From the NCBI RefSeq assembly GCF_028368995.1, contig NZ_JAQNDL010000001.1:4416001-4480000 (forward strand): 64,000 nucleotides of DNA, written 5' to 3'. Positions 12,387-22,187 of this stretch are shown one piece after another (the stretch's first letter is position 1; each line of letters opens with the position of its first letter). The position numbers and the translations under genes were made by a program. The notes beneath the pieces are model-generated. The model did no database searches, was not told where the DNA came from, and saw only the letters and a list, made by a program, of their open reading frames with translations. Source of the stretch: Nannocystis bainbridge. Lineage in GTDB: Bacteria; Myxococcota_A; Polyangia; Nannocystales; Nannocystaceae.

Positions 12387-13754
12387 ATGTCTGAGAGGCC
12401 AGCGCCCGAGGGCCACCTCCGCTCGAGCAAGGTCGGTCTGCGCCGCTATCTTTCGGCGCGCATGGTGCCGCTGGTGGTGCTCTTGCTGGTGCTGGTCTCG
12501 GCCTCGGCGCCGCTGGCCTACGCCACCCTGCAGGCTCGCGGGCTGCGCTCGCAGGCGCGGGCGACCGCCGTCCAGGCGGCCGACGCGATCGCCCGTGAGG
12601 TCCAGGAGCGGCCGGTGCTGTGGCGCTACGACGCCGGCAAGCTGCTGGCCCATCTGCGCGCCTACGTCGACAACGCGGGGGCCGCTCGCATCGAGATCGC
12701 CGATCGATCGGGAGTGCGGATCCCCCTCGACCCCGAGCCGATCGCCAGCCCCGCCGCCGCTGGTCCGCTCGCCTGGGAGGCCGCGCCGATCATCCTCAAC
12801 GACGAGGTCGTCGGCCACGCGTGGGTCGCCGTCAGCCTGGCCGAGGCCCGCAACGCCGCGCTGCTGCTGCTCGGACCGTTCGGCCTGCTCGGCGTCGGGC
12901 TCGCCGGTCTGCTCTACTTCATCCCGCTGGGCGCGATCACCCGCGCCGAGCGGCGCATCGAGCAGAGCCAGGCCGCGCTCGCCCGCTTCAACCAGACGCT
13001 CGAGCAACAGGTCGCCGAGCGCTCGTCGCAGCTCGGCGAGGCTTACGAGCAGCTGCGCCAAAAAGAGGGCCGGCTGCGCGAGCTGTCGGCCCGCGCCGTG
13101 CTGCTCCAGGAGGCCGAGCGGCGCGTCATCGCCCGCGAGCTGCACGACTCGGCCGGCCAGGCGCTCACGGCGATCCGCATCAACGTGCAGCTGATGGTCG
13201 AGCTGGCCGAGCCCGACAGCAAGACCGCCAAGATGGCCGCGCGCACCCTGACGATCGTCGACGCGACGCTCGAGGAGATCCGTCGCGCCGTCAGCATGTT
13301 GGGCCCGGCGATCCTCGACGACGTCGGCCTGGTCGCCGCGATCGAGCGGCTGTGCGACGACTTCGAGCGCGAGGACCTCGAGATCTGGCGGGAGCTCGAG
13401 GTGCCTGACGGCGGGCTGTCCGCCGCGCTCGAGAGCGTGTGCTACCGGGTGACCCAGGAGGCGCTGACGAACGCCGCGCGCCACGCCGCAGCCAGCGAGT
13501 TGCGGGTGGTCCTGAGGGTCGAGCCCGCGCACATCGTGCTGGAGGTCCGGGACAACGGCCGGGGGTTTGTCCCCGGCGAGCGCGGCGAGGGGCGTGGCGG
13601 TCGAGGGCTCGTCGGCATGCGCGAGCGCGTCGAGCTGCTCGGCGGCAACCTCCGCATCGACACCTCGACGGGAGCCGGCACTGCCATCCGCGTCGAGCTG
13701 CCGCGGCGGGCTTTGAGCGACGACGGCGACGACTCGGCCGTGGTCGTCGCGTGA
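12387..13754 (+). CDS. Sensor histidine kinase, NarX/HisKA_3 type
   Basis: Two TM helices; ERRVIARELHDSAGQ H-box, QEALTNAARHA, DNGRGF, GLVGMRERV. Confidence 0.95.
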   Translation: MSERPAPEGHLRSSKVGLRRYLSARMVPLVVLLLVLVSASAPLAYATLQARGLRSQARATAVQAADAIAREVQERPVLWRYDAGKLLAHLRAYVDNAGAARIEIADRSGVRIPLDPEPIASPAAAGPLAWEAAPIILNDEVVGHAWVAVSLAEARNAALLLLGPFGLLGVGLAGLLYFIPLGAITRAERRIEQSQAALARFNQTLEQQVAERSSQLGEAYEQLRQKEGRLRELSARAVLLQEAERRVIARELHDSAGQALTAIRINVQLMVELAEPDSKTAKMAARTLTIVDATLEEIRRAVSMLGPAILDDVGLVAAIERLCDDFEREDLEIWRELEVPDGGLSAALESVCYRVTQEALTNAARHAAASELRVVLRVEPAHIVLEVRDNGRGFVPGERGEGRGGRGLVGMRERVELLGGNLRIDTSTGAGTAIRVELPRRALSDDGDDSAVVVA

Positions 13755-13766
13755 TACATTGCGAGC

Positions 13767-14438
13767 GTGAGCACCAAGAAGACCATCCGGGTCGTCCTCG
13801 CCGAAGACCACACGATCGTGCGCGAGGGCCTGCGCGCGCTGCTCGACGTGCGTGACGACATCGAGGTCGTCGCCGAAGTCGCCGACGGTCGCGCCGCGGT
13901 CGAGGCCGTGGCCGCCCACAAGCCCGACGTCGCGATCATGGACCTCGGCATGCCGGAGCTGAACGGCGTCGACGCCACGCGAGCGATCCGCAAGGACTTC
14001 CCGGCCACCCAGGTGCTCATCCTGTCGATGCACTCCGGCGAGGAGTACGTGCGCCCGGCCATCCGCGCCGGCGCCAGCGGCTACCTGCTCAAGGGCAGCG
14101 GCCTGTCCGACCTGGTGGCCGCGATCCAGGCCGTCTCGCAGGGCGACGCCTTCTTCAGCCCTTCGATCGCCAAGATCGTGCTCCACGACTCGCGCCGCGA
14201 CGCGCGGCCCGGCGGGCGCGAGCCGCAGCCGGGTGACGCCCTCACCAATCGCGAACGCGAGATCCTCCAGCTCGTCGCCGAGGGCCGCTCCAGCCCGGAA
14301 ATTGCCCGCCAGCTCAGTCTCAGCGTGAAGACCGTCGAGGGTCACCGCGGCCGCATCATGGCCAAGCTCGACGTGCACCACGTCGCCGGCCTCGTGCGTC
14401 ACGCCATCCGCATCGGCCTCGTCTCGCCCGACGCGTAG
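13767..14438 (+). CDS. NarL/LuxR-family response regulator
   Basis: EDHTIVREGL, DVAIMDLGMP, GASGYLLK; LTNREREIL...SVKTVEGHR HTH. Confidence 0.96.
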   Translation: MSTKKTIRVVLAEDHTIVREGLRALLDVRDDIEVVAEVADGRAAVEAVAAHKPDVAIMDLGMPELNGVDATRAIRKDFPATQVLILSMHSGEEYVRPAIRAGASGYLLKGSGLSDLVAAIQAVSQGDAFFSPSIAKIVLHDSRRDARPGGREPQPGDALTNREREILQLVAEGRSSPEIARQLSLSVKTVEGHRGRIMAKLDVHHVAGLVRHAIRIGLVSPDA

Positions 14439-14591
14439 ACCTTCGGGCAGGGTCTGGACCGCTCCTCAGGGCGCCTCGAACGCGGTTTCGCGCCGAGTGG
14501 ATCCCCTCGAATTTTCGCAGCGTGGAACTGCTGTGGTGTGGCGAAAAACGAGGTGGATAATTGCTCGTGAATCCACCGCGAGTTTTTCCCC

Positions 14592-15902
14592 ATGCGAAAT
14601 TTAGCCCTTTGCACCGCCCTGATGGCGCTGACGGCCTGTCCGGCCGACGACCCGAACACCACCGATTCGCCGACCAGCGACCCGACGACCGACGGGACCG
14701 CGTCCACGGACGGGACCGCGACGACCGACGGGACCGACGCGACCTCGACGACCGACGAGCCGACCTCGACGACCGACACGCCGACCTCGACGACCGACGA
14801 GCCGACCAGCACGACCGATCCGGGCACCACCACCGAGAGCGCCTGCGACGGCCTCGACATCCCGGCGATCGACGAGTCGGGTTGTGAGCCGCTCGCCACC
14901 GACTACCAGCCGCGCACCAACAATTCGGCCGACGACGAGTGGCCCGCGTGCGTGTCCGACACGGGCCCGTACACCCTCGTCGACAACCCGCCGAGCACCA
15001 TCGCCCGCATCGTCGCCTACGAGAACATCGCCGACCTGCTGTGGCGCAAGGCCGACCCGACGCCCGCCGACTTCACCGCCGCGCGCAGCGAGTACGTGCT
15101 GCCCGAGGGCCTCGAGTCGCGGCTCGTCCGCCGCGAGGACCTGCACTTCCCGCCGATCCCCGAGGCCGAGTGGGACCCGCAGGTCGACGCCGACAAGCAG
15201 TGCACCGTCGAGGCGCTGGCCACCAAGTACGCCGAGCGCTGCGTCGGCCCGGCGGCGATGAAGCCGCTGGTCGACGAGGCGTTCGCCGCCGGTCAGGCCG
15301 GCGAGGGCGACGCCAAGATCCACGCGGCGCGGATCCACGGCGGCCTGCTCTGGTTCCTCTACCTCTCCGTGTACAAGGAGGCCAACACCTGCGCCACGGT
15401 CGCGCCGAAGGACTGCGACTCGGCCTGGGCCTACTACACCGGCGGCGAGGCGATCGACGCCCCGATCGGCATGGCCGCCGAGGTCGACGCGATCAGCGGC
15501 AACGCCCACGAGCGGATCCACGACGGCATCCTGGCCACCCGCTGCTGGCGTGACATCGCCCAGGACGGCGGCATGTACCCGCTGCTCGAGACCCTGCCCG
15601 ACGACCAGCAGGAGCTGTTCGCGCAGGGCTGGGAGCAGCTCGACCAGGGCCTCCACCGCGGCTACGCGGTGATCGTCCGCGACCACATGCAGCAGTACGT
15701 CGACGCCTCCTGCAGCAGCGCCGACACCCAGGCCCACTGGGCGTTCCTGCAGGTCGCCGGCCCCGTGCTCAACCGCGAGGCCCAGGATCGCAACCCCGCC
15801 GAGGCCGGCAAGCTGGCCGCGCTGTGGACCACCGACGCCCCGGGCCCCGACGAGGTCACCGACGCGATCTTCGCCCTCGACGCGATCTTCCCCTGCCCGT
15901 AA
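14592..15902 (+). CDS. Lipoprotein with Thr/Asp-rich linker and Cys-containing globular domain
   Basis: Lipobox LTAC, repeats (TDGT)n and (PTSTTDE)n, strong GC3 codon bias; function unknown. Confidence 0.8.
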   Translation: MRNLALCTALMALTACPADDPNTTDSPTSDPTTDGTASTDGTATTDGTDATSTTDEPTSTTDTPTSTTDEPTSTTDPGTTTESACDGLDIPAIDESGCEPLATDYQPRTNNSADDEWPACVSDTGPYTLVDNPPSTIARIVAYENIADLLWRKADPTPADFTAARSEYVLPEGLESRLVRREDLHFPPIPEAEWDPQVDADKQCTVEALATKYAERCVGPAAMKPLVDEAFAAGQAGEGDAKIHAARIHGGLLWFLYLSVYKEANTCATVAPKDCDSAWAYYTGGEAIDAPIGMAAEVDAISGNAHERIHDGILATRCWRDIAQDGGMYPLLETLPDDQQELFAQGWEQLDQGLHRGYAVIVRDHMQQYVDASCSSADTQAHWAFLQVAGPVLNREAQDRNPAEAGKLAALWTTDAPGPDEVTDAIFALDAIFPCP

Positions 15903-15954
15903 GGGCATGCTCCGAAGGGCATGCTCTGAAGGGCATGTCCTTCAAGACATATGA
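15903..15954. repeat. Array of four phased 14-bp units directly after the stop codon
   Basis: gggcatgctc-cgaa-gggcatgctc-tgaa-gggcatgtcc-ttca-agacatatga; a further pair lies at 16042-16065. Confidence 0.9.
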
Positions 15955-16108
15955 TGAGGGCCGAGCGCCGCGCGCTCGGCCCTCTCTTCGCGAGCTGGCT
16001 CTGTCCTCGAGACTCAGCGCGCGATCAGCCTCGGCACGCGATGACATGTCCGAAGAGACATCCGAGCGGCCTCTCCGGCGCGAGCGAACGTCACGCCATC
16101 CGGAACGA

Positions 16109-16146
16109 GAGAAGGGGCCGAGCTTCGCGCTCGGCCCCTTCTTCTC
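16109..16146. terminator. Intrinsic terminator-like hairpin downstream of tRNA-Val; a related hairpin lies at about 15956-15986
   Basis: gaaggggccgagc-ttcgc-gctcggccccttc flanked by purine/pyrimidine tracts. Confidence 0.6.
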
Positions 16147-16152
16147 TTCTCA

Positions 16153-16224
16153 TAGGCGGAACAGGGTTCGAACCTGCGACCCGCGCCTTGTAAGGGCGCC
16201 GCTCTACCGCTGAGCTATCCGCCT
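16153..16224 (-). tRNA. tRNA-Val (TAC), CCA not encoded
   Basis: Reverse complement AGGCGGATAGCTCAGCGGTAGAGCGGCGCCCTTACAAGGCGCGGGTCGCAGGTTCGAACCCTGTTCCGCCTA folds as a cloverleaf with anticodon loop CTTACAA and T-loop GTTCGAA. Confidence 0.96.
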
Positions 16225-16237
16225 GGGCGCGAGGAAG

Positions 16238-16759
16238 CTAGCACAGCGGGGGCCCGCCGTGCGCGAGGATCGTGCGGGCCTCCGGGGCGAGCGCGGCCAG
16301 CAGCTCGGCCGCCGTGGCGCCGCCGCGCGGGCGCAGGTCCGGGCGCAGCGCCGCCAGCGGGGCGAGCACGAAGTCGCGACGGGCCAGCTCGGGGTGGGGC
16401 AGCACGAGCCGCTCGCTGTCGACCTGCAGCGAGCGACCGTCCTCGGTCATGACCAGCAGGTCGAGGTCGAGGGTGCGCGCCTCCCAGCGCTCGCGTCGGG
16501 TCCGCCCGTGCCGCGCCTCGAGCGCGAGCAGCCCGGTCAGCAGCTCCGCGGGCGCGAGCGTGGTCCGCAGCTCGACCACCGCGTTGAGGAACGGGTGAAG
16601 CGACGGTCCCAGCGGCCGGGTCTCGAACACCGGCGAGCAACGGAGCAGCTCGGTCCCGGCGATCACCCCGGCACGCAACGCTTCAGCCGCGCCGCGCAGC
16701 GTATCGAGCCGCTCGCCGAGGTTGCTGCCGAGGCCGACGTACGCGAGCGCCGAAGTCAT
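16238..16759 (-). CDS. folK: 2-amino-4-hydroxy-6-hydroxymethyldihydropteridine diphosphokinase
   Basis: AYVGLGSNLG, FLNAVV, RWEARTLDLDLL, LPHPELARRDFVLAPL. Confidence 0.95.
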   Translation of the reverse strand: MTSALAYVGLGSNLGERLDTLRGAAEALRAGVIAGTELLRCSPVFETRPLGPSLHPFLNAVVELRTTLAPAELLTGLLALEARHGRTRRERWEARTLDLDLLVMTEDGRSLQVDSERLVLPHPELARRDFVLAPLAALRPDLRPRGGATAAELLAALAPEARTILAHGGPPLC

Positions 16760-16802
16760 GGCTCGCTCGCTCGCGCCGAAGCGACGCGTGGACAGATCTT
16801 CG

Positions 16803-17633
16803 TCATCGCGGCCCCGAATGCGCCGTGCCCGTGTGCGGCGCGTCCGTCGTGTGCGCGTACGGGGTCACCAGGGTGATCGGCAGCGCCCCCGCGAACCCGA
16901 CCCGCAGCGTCGCCGCCAGCGCGCGTGGAGAGCGATCTGTCTCCGGGGACAGCTCACTCGTCTGGTCCTCGGCCGGCAGCGAGAAGCGGACCCGACCCTC
17001 GGCGTCGGCGTTGCTGGCGAGCACGCGCTCGCCGAGCACCAGCTCGACCGCGCGGCCGCTGGCCGGCCCGCTCGGCGGATCGCACGGCTTCACCGGACCC
17101 TCGCGCAGCGCCACCGCGTCGCTCACCCGCACCCGGTCGCGCGCCCGCACGCTGTCGACGATCCCCGCCGTCAACAGCCCCACGCCCACGCCGGTGAACA
17201 CCCCGCCGATGCGCAGCCCCGTCTTCGGATCGCGGATGTACTGCATGCGCTCGGCGTCGTACGAGGGCTCGGCCGCGAACAGCTCCGGCCGCGCGAACGC
17301 CAGCGCCGCCGCCCCGAGCGCCAGCGCGGCCAGCCCGTACTCGAAGTAGATCATCGCGTCCGGCTTGCGGACGATCCGCTCCTCCTGCCGCGCCGCCAGG
17401 TGCGCCACCGTCCGGCACGACCGCAGCTCGCGGAGCTCGACCTCGAGGGTGCTCCCGCGCTGCGACCAGCGGGCCTCGACCGCCACCGCGACCACCCGCT
17501 CCTCGCTCAAGAGCGGCTGCGCGTCGGGGCGAACGATCGTGCGGAGCTCGGTCTCCGAGGTGATCTGCGAGCAGGCCGCGGCGAACGCCGCGACGAGGCC
17601 CAGAGCCGCCGAGGAAGGTCGGACCTCGCGCAC
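16803..17633 (-). CDS. Hypothetical lipoprotein with internal TM hairpin
   Basis: Lipobox FAAAC; two hydrophobic helices; in a run with cyaY and folK. Confidence 0.7.
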   Translation of the reverse strand: MREVRPSSAALGLVAAFAAACSQITSETELRTIVRPDAQPLLSEERVVAVAVEARWSQRGSTLEVELRELRSCRTVAHLAARQEERIVRKPDAMIYFEYGLAALALGAAALAFARPELFAAEPSYDAERMQYIRDPKTGLRIGGVFTGVGVGLLTAGIVDSVRARDRVRVSDAVALREGPVKPCDPPSGPASGRAVELVLGERVLASNADAEGRVRFSLPAEDQTSELSPETDRSPRALAATLRVGFAGALPITLVTPYAHTTDAPHTGTAHSGPR

Positions 17634-17645
17634 GCGGTCACCTGG

Positions 17646-17966
17646 TCAAAGGGACACCTCGGTCCCGAGCTTCTTGCTGACCACCCGCGCGACGGTCGTC
17701 ATCAACTCGTCGTCGGTCTTGCGGGCGATCCACTTGTTTTGCTCGGGCACGAAATCGAAGTGCCACGCGGTGGTGCCGGCGGCCATCCAGATCTGCCCGG
17801 CCGCGCTGTGGGCGTTGATGACGAAGCGCCCGCCGTCCTTGAACGAGAGCGTGAGCACGTCGCCGGCGAGCTGGACGTCGAGCTCCTCGAGCTCGAGCCC
17901 GCCGAGGTGCGCGTCGATGTGTTCGAGCGCCTTCGCCGACAGCTTGAAGAAGTCCTTCTGCTCCAT
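17646..17966 (-). CDS. cyaY: Iron donor protein CyaY (frataxin)
   Basis: GDVLTLSFKDGGRFVINAH...QIWMA...WHFDF frataxin signature. Confidence 0.9.
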   Translation of the reverse strand: MEQKDFFKLSAKALEHIDAHLGGLELEELDVQLAGDVLTLSFKDGGRFVINAHSAAGQIWMAAGTTAWHFDFVPEQNKWIARKTDDELMTTVARVVSKKLGTEVSL

Positions 17967-18000
17967 GGCCCACGAGGGTTACGCGATCGTGCAGAGTCGG

Positions 18001-18333
18001 TCAATTCGCCGGTGTGGGGGCCGGAGGGGGCGATTTGGCGTCTGCCGCGTCTGGCGGCTTCGCGGGCGCTTCGGCCTTGCCGGCCGGCCCGCGGGCGCCC
18101 GGGTCGAGGCCCATCTGCCGCGCCTGGTCCTCGGAGATCTCGACGACCTCGACCGACTTGCCGTCGGGCAGCGTGAAGGTGTGCTTGGGCCCGTCGAGCA
18201 CCGGAGCGGCGTTCTGCTCGGCCTGCTCGGCCTGCTCCTCCTTGTACTTCTGACACGCCATGTAGCCGAAGTAGGCGAGCAGCGGGACGTAGATGCAGAG
18301 CCGGATCAGGACGCCTTTGGATGGCAGCTTCAT
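18001..18333 (-). CDS. Small single-TM hypothetical protein
   Basis: MKLPSKGVLIRLCIYVPLLAYFGY..., Pro/Ala-rich tail; typical codon usage. Confidence 0.65.
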   Translation of the reverse strand: MKLPSKGVLIRLCIYVPLLAYFGYMACQKYKEEQAEQAEQNAAPVLDGPKHTFTLPDGKSVEVVEISEDQARQMGLDPGARGPAGKAEAPAKPPDAADAKSPPPAPTPAN

Positions 18334-18341
18334 GGGGTGTC

Positions 18342-19109
18342 TCAAGGGTCGGACGTGAACTTGAGGTCGCGCCAGGTCGCGACCTGCGCGCGGCTGTCGG
18401 CGTGGAGGCGGGAGTCGCCGCTGACGGGCTCGAGCGCGCCGGTGGCCACCCGCGACAGGCGGAGCGTCGCGCTGCACGGCTCGGGCCGGGTCAGGCCGGT
18501 CTTGAGCTGCCCGGGGGCCACCTGCGCCGCGCCCTCGTCCGGTAGCTCGAGCACGATCGGCGCGGCCAGGCAGGTCACGCCGTCGATCGCGTCGTCGATG
18601 CGGGCGAGGATCGTCGCGCCGGCCCGCGCCGGGGTCCAGGCGACCTCGAACGCCTGCGCGCGCGGCAGCTTGGCGCCGGCCGTGGGCGCGGTGATCTCGA
18701 ACGCCGGCGCCTCGACCGAGATGGAATAGATCGCCTCGTCGTCGTCGTCGTCGCGCAGGCGCAGCTCGTGCTTCACGGTCTCGCCGCCCTTGGCCCGGTC
18801 GACGGTCTCGGTCTTGTACACGTACGAGCCGCTGGGCTTGCGCACGCGCGTGGCCGTGACGCCGTCGACCGCGATCGAGCTGCGCTTGCACAGCGCCAGC
18901 GCCAGCCCGGCGTCGTCGTCGAGCCGGCGAATCTCGATCTCCGTGCGCGCCAGCTTGCCGTTGTGGTCGATGTACGCGGTGACCAGCAGGCCGTCTTCGG
19001 CGAGCCCGGCGCACGAGGCGTCGGTGCCCTCGCAGGCCGGCAGCCACGCGCACGCCACCAGCGCCAGCAGGCGGCAGGACGACGCGCGGCGGAGGCGTGC
19101 GACCATCAC
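18342..19109 (-). CDS. Hypothetical lipoprotein
   Basis: Signal peptide with LPAC lipobox; beta-rich mature part. Confidence 0.7.
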   Translation of the reverse strand: MMVARLRRASSCRLLALVACAWLPACEGTDASCAGLAEDGLLVTAYIDHNGKLARTEIEIRRLDDDAGLALALCKRSSIAVDGVTATRVRKPSGSYVYKTETVDRAKGGETVKHELRLRDDDDDEAIYSISVEAPAFEITAPTAGAKLPRAQAFEVAWTPARAGATILARIDDAIDGVTCLAAPIVLELPDEGAAQVAPGQLKTGLTRPEPCSATLRLSRVATGALEPVSGDSRLHADSRAQVATWRDLKFTSDP

Positions 19110-19121
19110 CGGCAGGATAGC

Positions 19122-19145
19122 AAAAAAAACCCGAGCGGCGTCGGG
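19122..19145 (-). terminator. Intrinsic terminator after hemJ
   Basis: Minus strand reads cccga-cgccgc-tcggg followed by T8. Confidence 0.65.
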
Positions 19146-19176
19146 AGGGGCGCAAACGGCCGGGGCGCGCGGAGCT

Positions 19177-19617
19177 TCAGCCGCCGAGGTGGGGCTTCAC
19201 CACGACCATGATCACGATGAGCAGCAGCGGGACGAGCGGCACCTCGTTGAGCAGCCGACATTGCCGCGAGGTCAGGTTGCAGCGCCCGGCTGCGAGGTCC
19301 TTGCGGACCTTGCCGCAGTAGAGGTGATAGCCGACGAGCAGCAGCAGCCCGAGCAGCTTGGCGTGGAACCACCCCTGGGCCATGTAGAAGCCCGGCATCT
19401 GCACGAACAGGGCGACGCCGAAGGTGGCGGTGAAGATCATCGCCGGCCAGCAGATCCCGCGGTACAGCCGCCGCTCCATGATCGCCAGCAGCTGCGTGAT
19501 CTCGGGCTTGTCGCGGTTCTCGACGTGATAGACGTAGAGCCGGAAGATGTAGAAGAGCCCGGCGAACCACGCGACGAAGCCGATGATGTGGAACGCCTTG
19601 AGCCAGAGGTAGAGCAC
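19177..19617 (-). CDS. hemJ: Protoporphyrinogen IX oxidase HemJ
   Basis: YLWLKAFHII...WFAGLFYIFRLYVYH, MERRLY, WFHAKL, RLLNEVP, VVKP. Confidence 0.95.
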   Translation of the reverse strand: MLYLWLKAFHIIGFVAWFAGLFYIFRLYVYHVENRDKPEITQLLAIMERRLYRGICWPAMIFTATFGVALFVQMPGFYMAQGWFHAKLLGLLLLVGYHLYCGKVRKDLAAGRCNLTSRQCRLLNEVPLVPLLLIVIMVVVKPHLGG

Positions 19618-19650
19618 GGCCCAGTTCTACCTCTTCGCCGCGCCGCGGGC

Positions 19651-20427
19651 TCAGGTGCCCGGGGTGTGACCGAACATGTGGATGTGGAGCCGCTCGCCGA
19701 GGCGAAACCCGCGCTCGATGCAGATCGGCATGAGCGCGCGATAGGCCGCGGGCAGGGCCTCGCGGTCGGTGCACTCGGGCATGAGCAGTACGCGGCCGCG
19801 CTGGTCGTCGGGCACCGCGAGCTCGCGCAGCAGGGCCTCGATCTCGGCGACGTCGGCGGCGCTCTCGCCGGCGCGCACGACGAACTTGAGCTGCCACGGG
19901 AAGCTCGCCATCAGCCGCGCCAGCGCCGGCAGGTGGAGCCGCGTGCGCTCGTGCCGCTCGGCCTGCGCCGGGTCGCGGGCCCACGGCGTGCTGTGACGCA
20001 GCTTCGGGCTCAGCGACACCAGGTCACAGGCGAGGCCCTCGAGCCACACGGTCCCGGCGGTCTCGACGGTGACGTGATGCCCGGCCGCCCGCAGCTGCCG
20101 ACTGAGCGCGGCGACCCCGGCGTACAGCAGCGGCTCGCCGCCGGTGAGCACGACGTGGCGCGGGCCGGCGGCGCAGAAGCCGAGCAGCTCGGTCAGCTCG
20201 GCGCGGCGGCTGGACGGCGCCCAGGACGTGCCGGGCGAGTCGCACCACGCGCAGCGGAGGTTGCAGCCGGACACGCGGACGAACGAGCTCGGGACGCCGA
20301 CGAGCGTGCCCTCACCCTGCAACGAGATGAAGCGCTCGTGGATCGGCAGCCAGGTCGGCGGCGCGGCCGAGAGCGACGGCGGGGCCGAATTCCGGGCGCT
20401 GCCAGGCGGGTCGAAGGCGGCGGTCAT
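19651..20427 (-). CDS. queE: 7-carboxy-7-deazaguanine synthase (radical SAM)
   Basis: [47 protein letters not shown]. Confidence 0.92.
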   Translation of the reverse strand: MTAAFDPPGSARNSAPPSLSAAPPTWLPIHERFISLQGEGTLVGVPSSFVRVSGCNLRCAWCDSPGTSWAPSSRRAELTELLGFCAAGPRHVVLTGGEPLLYAGVAALSRQLRAAGHHVTVETAGTVWLEGLACDLVSLSPKLRHSTPWARDPAQAERHERTRLHLPALARLMASFPWQLKFVVRAGESAADVAEIEALLRELAVPDDQRGRVLLMPECTDREALPAAYRALMPICIERGFRLGERLHIHMFGHTPGT

Positions 20428-20491
20428 GCGCGCGTCGTCGCTGTACCGCACTTGCGAACCCCGGGCCAGGAATTCTACGCTCGCGTCTGCC

Positions 20492-21883
20492 ATGCAGACC
20501 CCGCGGACCAAGATCGTCGACGTGCTCCAGCTCGAGCCCCCGCGCGCCGGTGTGCGCGTCAAGGGCTGGGCGCGCACCGTCCGGGACAGCAAACAGGTCG
20601 TGTTCGTCGAGCTCCACGACGGCTCGTGCTTCGCCAGCCTGCAGGTGGTCGTCAACCCCGAGCTCGCCAACTACGAGCAGCTGCGCAAGCTGACGACCGG
20701 CAGCGCGGTCGAGATCGTCGGCGAGGTCATCGCCTCTCCCGCGGCTGGCCAGCGCGTCGAGCTCAAGGCCACCGAGGTGATCGTCGTCGGCCTGGCCGAC
20801 TCGAGCTTCCCGCTGCAGAAGAAGCGCCACGGCTTCGAGTTCTTGCGCGAGATCTCCCACCTGCGTGCCCGCACCAACACCTTCGGCGCCGTCTTCCGCG
20901 TCCGCAGCGCCCTCGCCCAGGCCGTCCACGAGTTCTTCCAGCAGCGCGGGTTCGTGTACGTGCACACGCCGATCATCACCGGCTCCGACGCCGAGGGCGC
21001 CGGCGAGATGTTCCGCGTCACCACGCTCGACGTGAACAGCCCGCCGCGCACGCCCGAGGGCGCGGTCGACTACCACGAGGATTTCTTCGCTCGCCCGTCG
21101 TTCCTCACGGTGTCCGGCCAGCTCAACGGCGAGACCTTCGCCATGGGCCTGTCGGACATCTACACGTTCGGCCCGACCTTCCGCGCCGAGAACTCGAACA
21201 CCAGCCGGCACGCCGCCGAGTTCTGGATGATCGAGCCGGAGATGGCGTGGTGCGACCTCGACGACGACGCGACGCTGGCGGAGGCGTTCGTCAAGCACCT
21301 CATGCGCACGGCGCTCGACCGCTGCGCCGACGACCTCGCGTTCTTCAACAAGCAGATCGATCCGGGCCTGGTCGCGCGCCTGCAGCACGTGCTCGACTCG
21401 AGCTTCGAGCGCATGCCGTACACCGAGGCGGTCCGCCGGCTGGAGGCCTCGGGCCAGAAGTTCGAGTTCCCGGTCCACTGGGGCGCCAACCTGCAGGCGG
21501 AGCACGAGCGCTACCTGACCGAGACGCTGGTCGGTCGCCCGGTCTTCGTCACCGACTACCCGACCGAGATCAAGGCGTTCTACATGCGCCGCAACGACGA
21601 CGGCAAAACGGTCGCGGCGATGGACCTGCTGGTGCCGAAGATCGGCGAGCTGATCGGCGGCTCACAGCGCGAGGAGCGGCTCGACGTGCTGCTGGACGCA
21701 ATCCGCAAGTCGGGCCTGCACGCGGAGCACTACAGCTGGTACCTCGACACCCGCCGCTTCGGCACGGCGCCGCACGCCGGCTTCGGCCTCGGCTTCGAGC
21801 GCCTCGTCATGTACGTGACGGGGATGGAGAACATCCGCGACGTCATCCCCTTCCCGCGGACGCCGCGGAACTGCGATTTCTAG
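20492..21883 (+). CDS. asnS: Asparagine--tRNA ligase
   Basis: [74 protein letters not shown]. Confidence 0.98.
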   Translation: MQTPRTKIVDVLQLEPPRAGVRVKGWARTVRDSKQVVFVELHDGSCFASLQVVVNPELANYEQLRKLTTGSAVEIVGEVIASPAAGQRVELKATEVIVVGLADSSFPLQKKRHGFEFLREISHLRARTNTFGAVFRVRSALAQAVHEFFQQRGFVYVHTPIITGSDAEGAGEMFRVTTLDVNSPPRTPEGAVDYHEDFFARPSFLTVSGQLNGETFAMGLSDIYTFGPTFRAENSNTSRHAAEFWMIEPEMAWCDLDDDATLAEAFVKHLMRTALDRCADDLAFFNKQIDPGLVARLQHVLDSSFERMPYTEAVRRLEASGQKFEFPVHWGANLQAEHERYLTETLVGRPVFVTDYPTEIKAFYMRRNDDGKTVAAMDLLVPKIGELIGGSQREERLDVLLDAIRKSGLHAEHYSWYLDTRRFGTAPHAGFGLGFERLVMYVTGMENIRDVIPFPRTPRNCDF

Positions 21884-22187
21884 AGCCATTGGGCGTGTGG
21901 GCCCAGGTATCACGCGTTGCGCGAGGCGCGCACGGTCCCAAAACGCATAAAAAAACCCAAGGAAATTGAGCAATTTGGCTGCAGCAGTCGGAAATCTCTG
22001 GCGACCCTCTGGCGCAAACGCTAGCCTTGTGTTCGTGGGCACAGGGGGCCTTGGGATGCAGGTAAACAGGGGCACAGACCGTGGGGACAGGGTTGAAGTT
22101 TTACCCGGCACCTGCGTCCAAAATAGTGCCGGCCTGATGCCGGGCTCTCGCACGCAACCTTGGATTGCCTGAGGAAGGTTTATTCCT

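Noticed and set aside
14558-14576. Fur-box-like GATAAT upstream of the lipoprotein
   Set aside because: Only the first hexamer matches the 19-bp consensus and there is no dyad symmetry.
14680-14835. Short tandem repeats in the lipoprotein gene
   Set aside because: They simply encode a low-complexity Thr/Asp linker, also seen in the lipoprotein at 48850-49356.
15903-15954. 14-bp arrays as intrinsic terminators
   Set aside because: Stems are only 5 bp and often mismatched, there are no U-tracts, copies occur inside genes, and conventional hairpins exist separately nearby.
16153-16224. tRNA as an integration site for an island or prophage
   Set aside because: No integrase and no duplicated tRNA 3' end seen in the window.
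7806-20427. hemF, hemJ, cyaY, folK and queE as one dedicated cofactor cluster
   Set aside because: The genes are on different strands, interspersed with unrelated genes and separated by a terminator, so this looks like ordinary housekeeping proximity.
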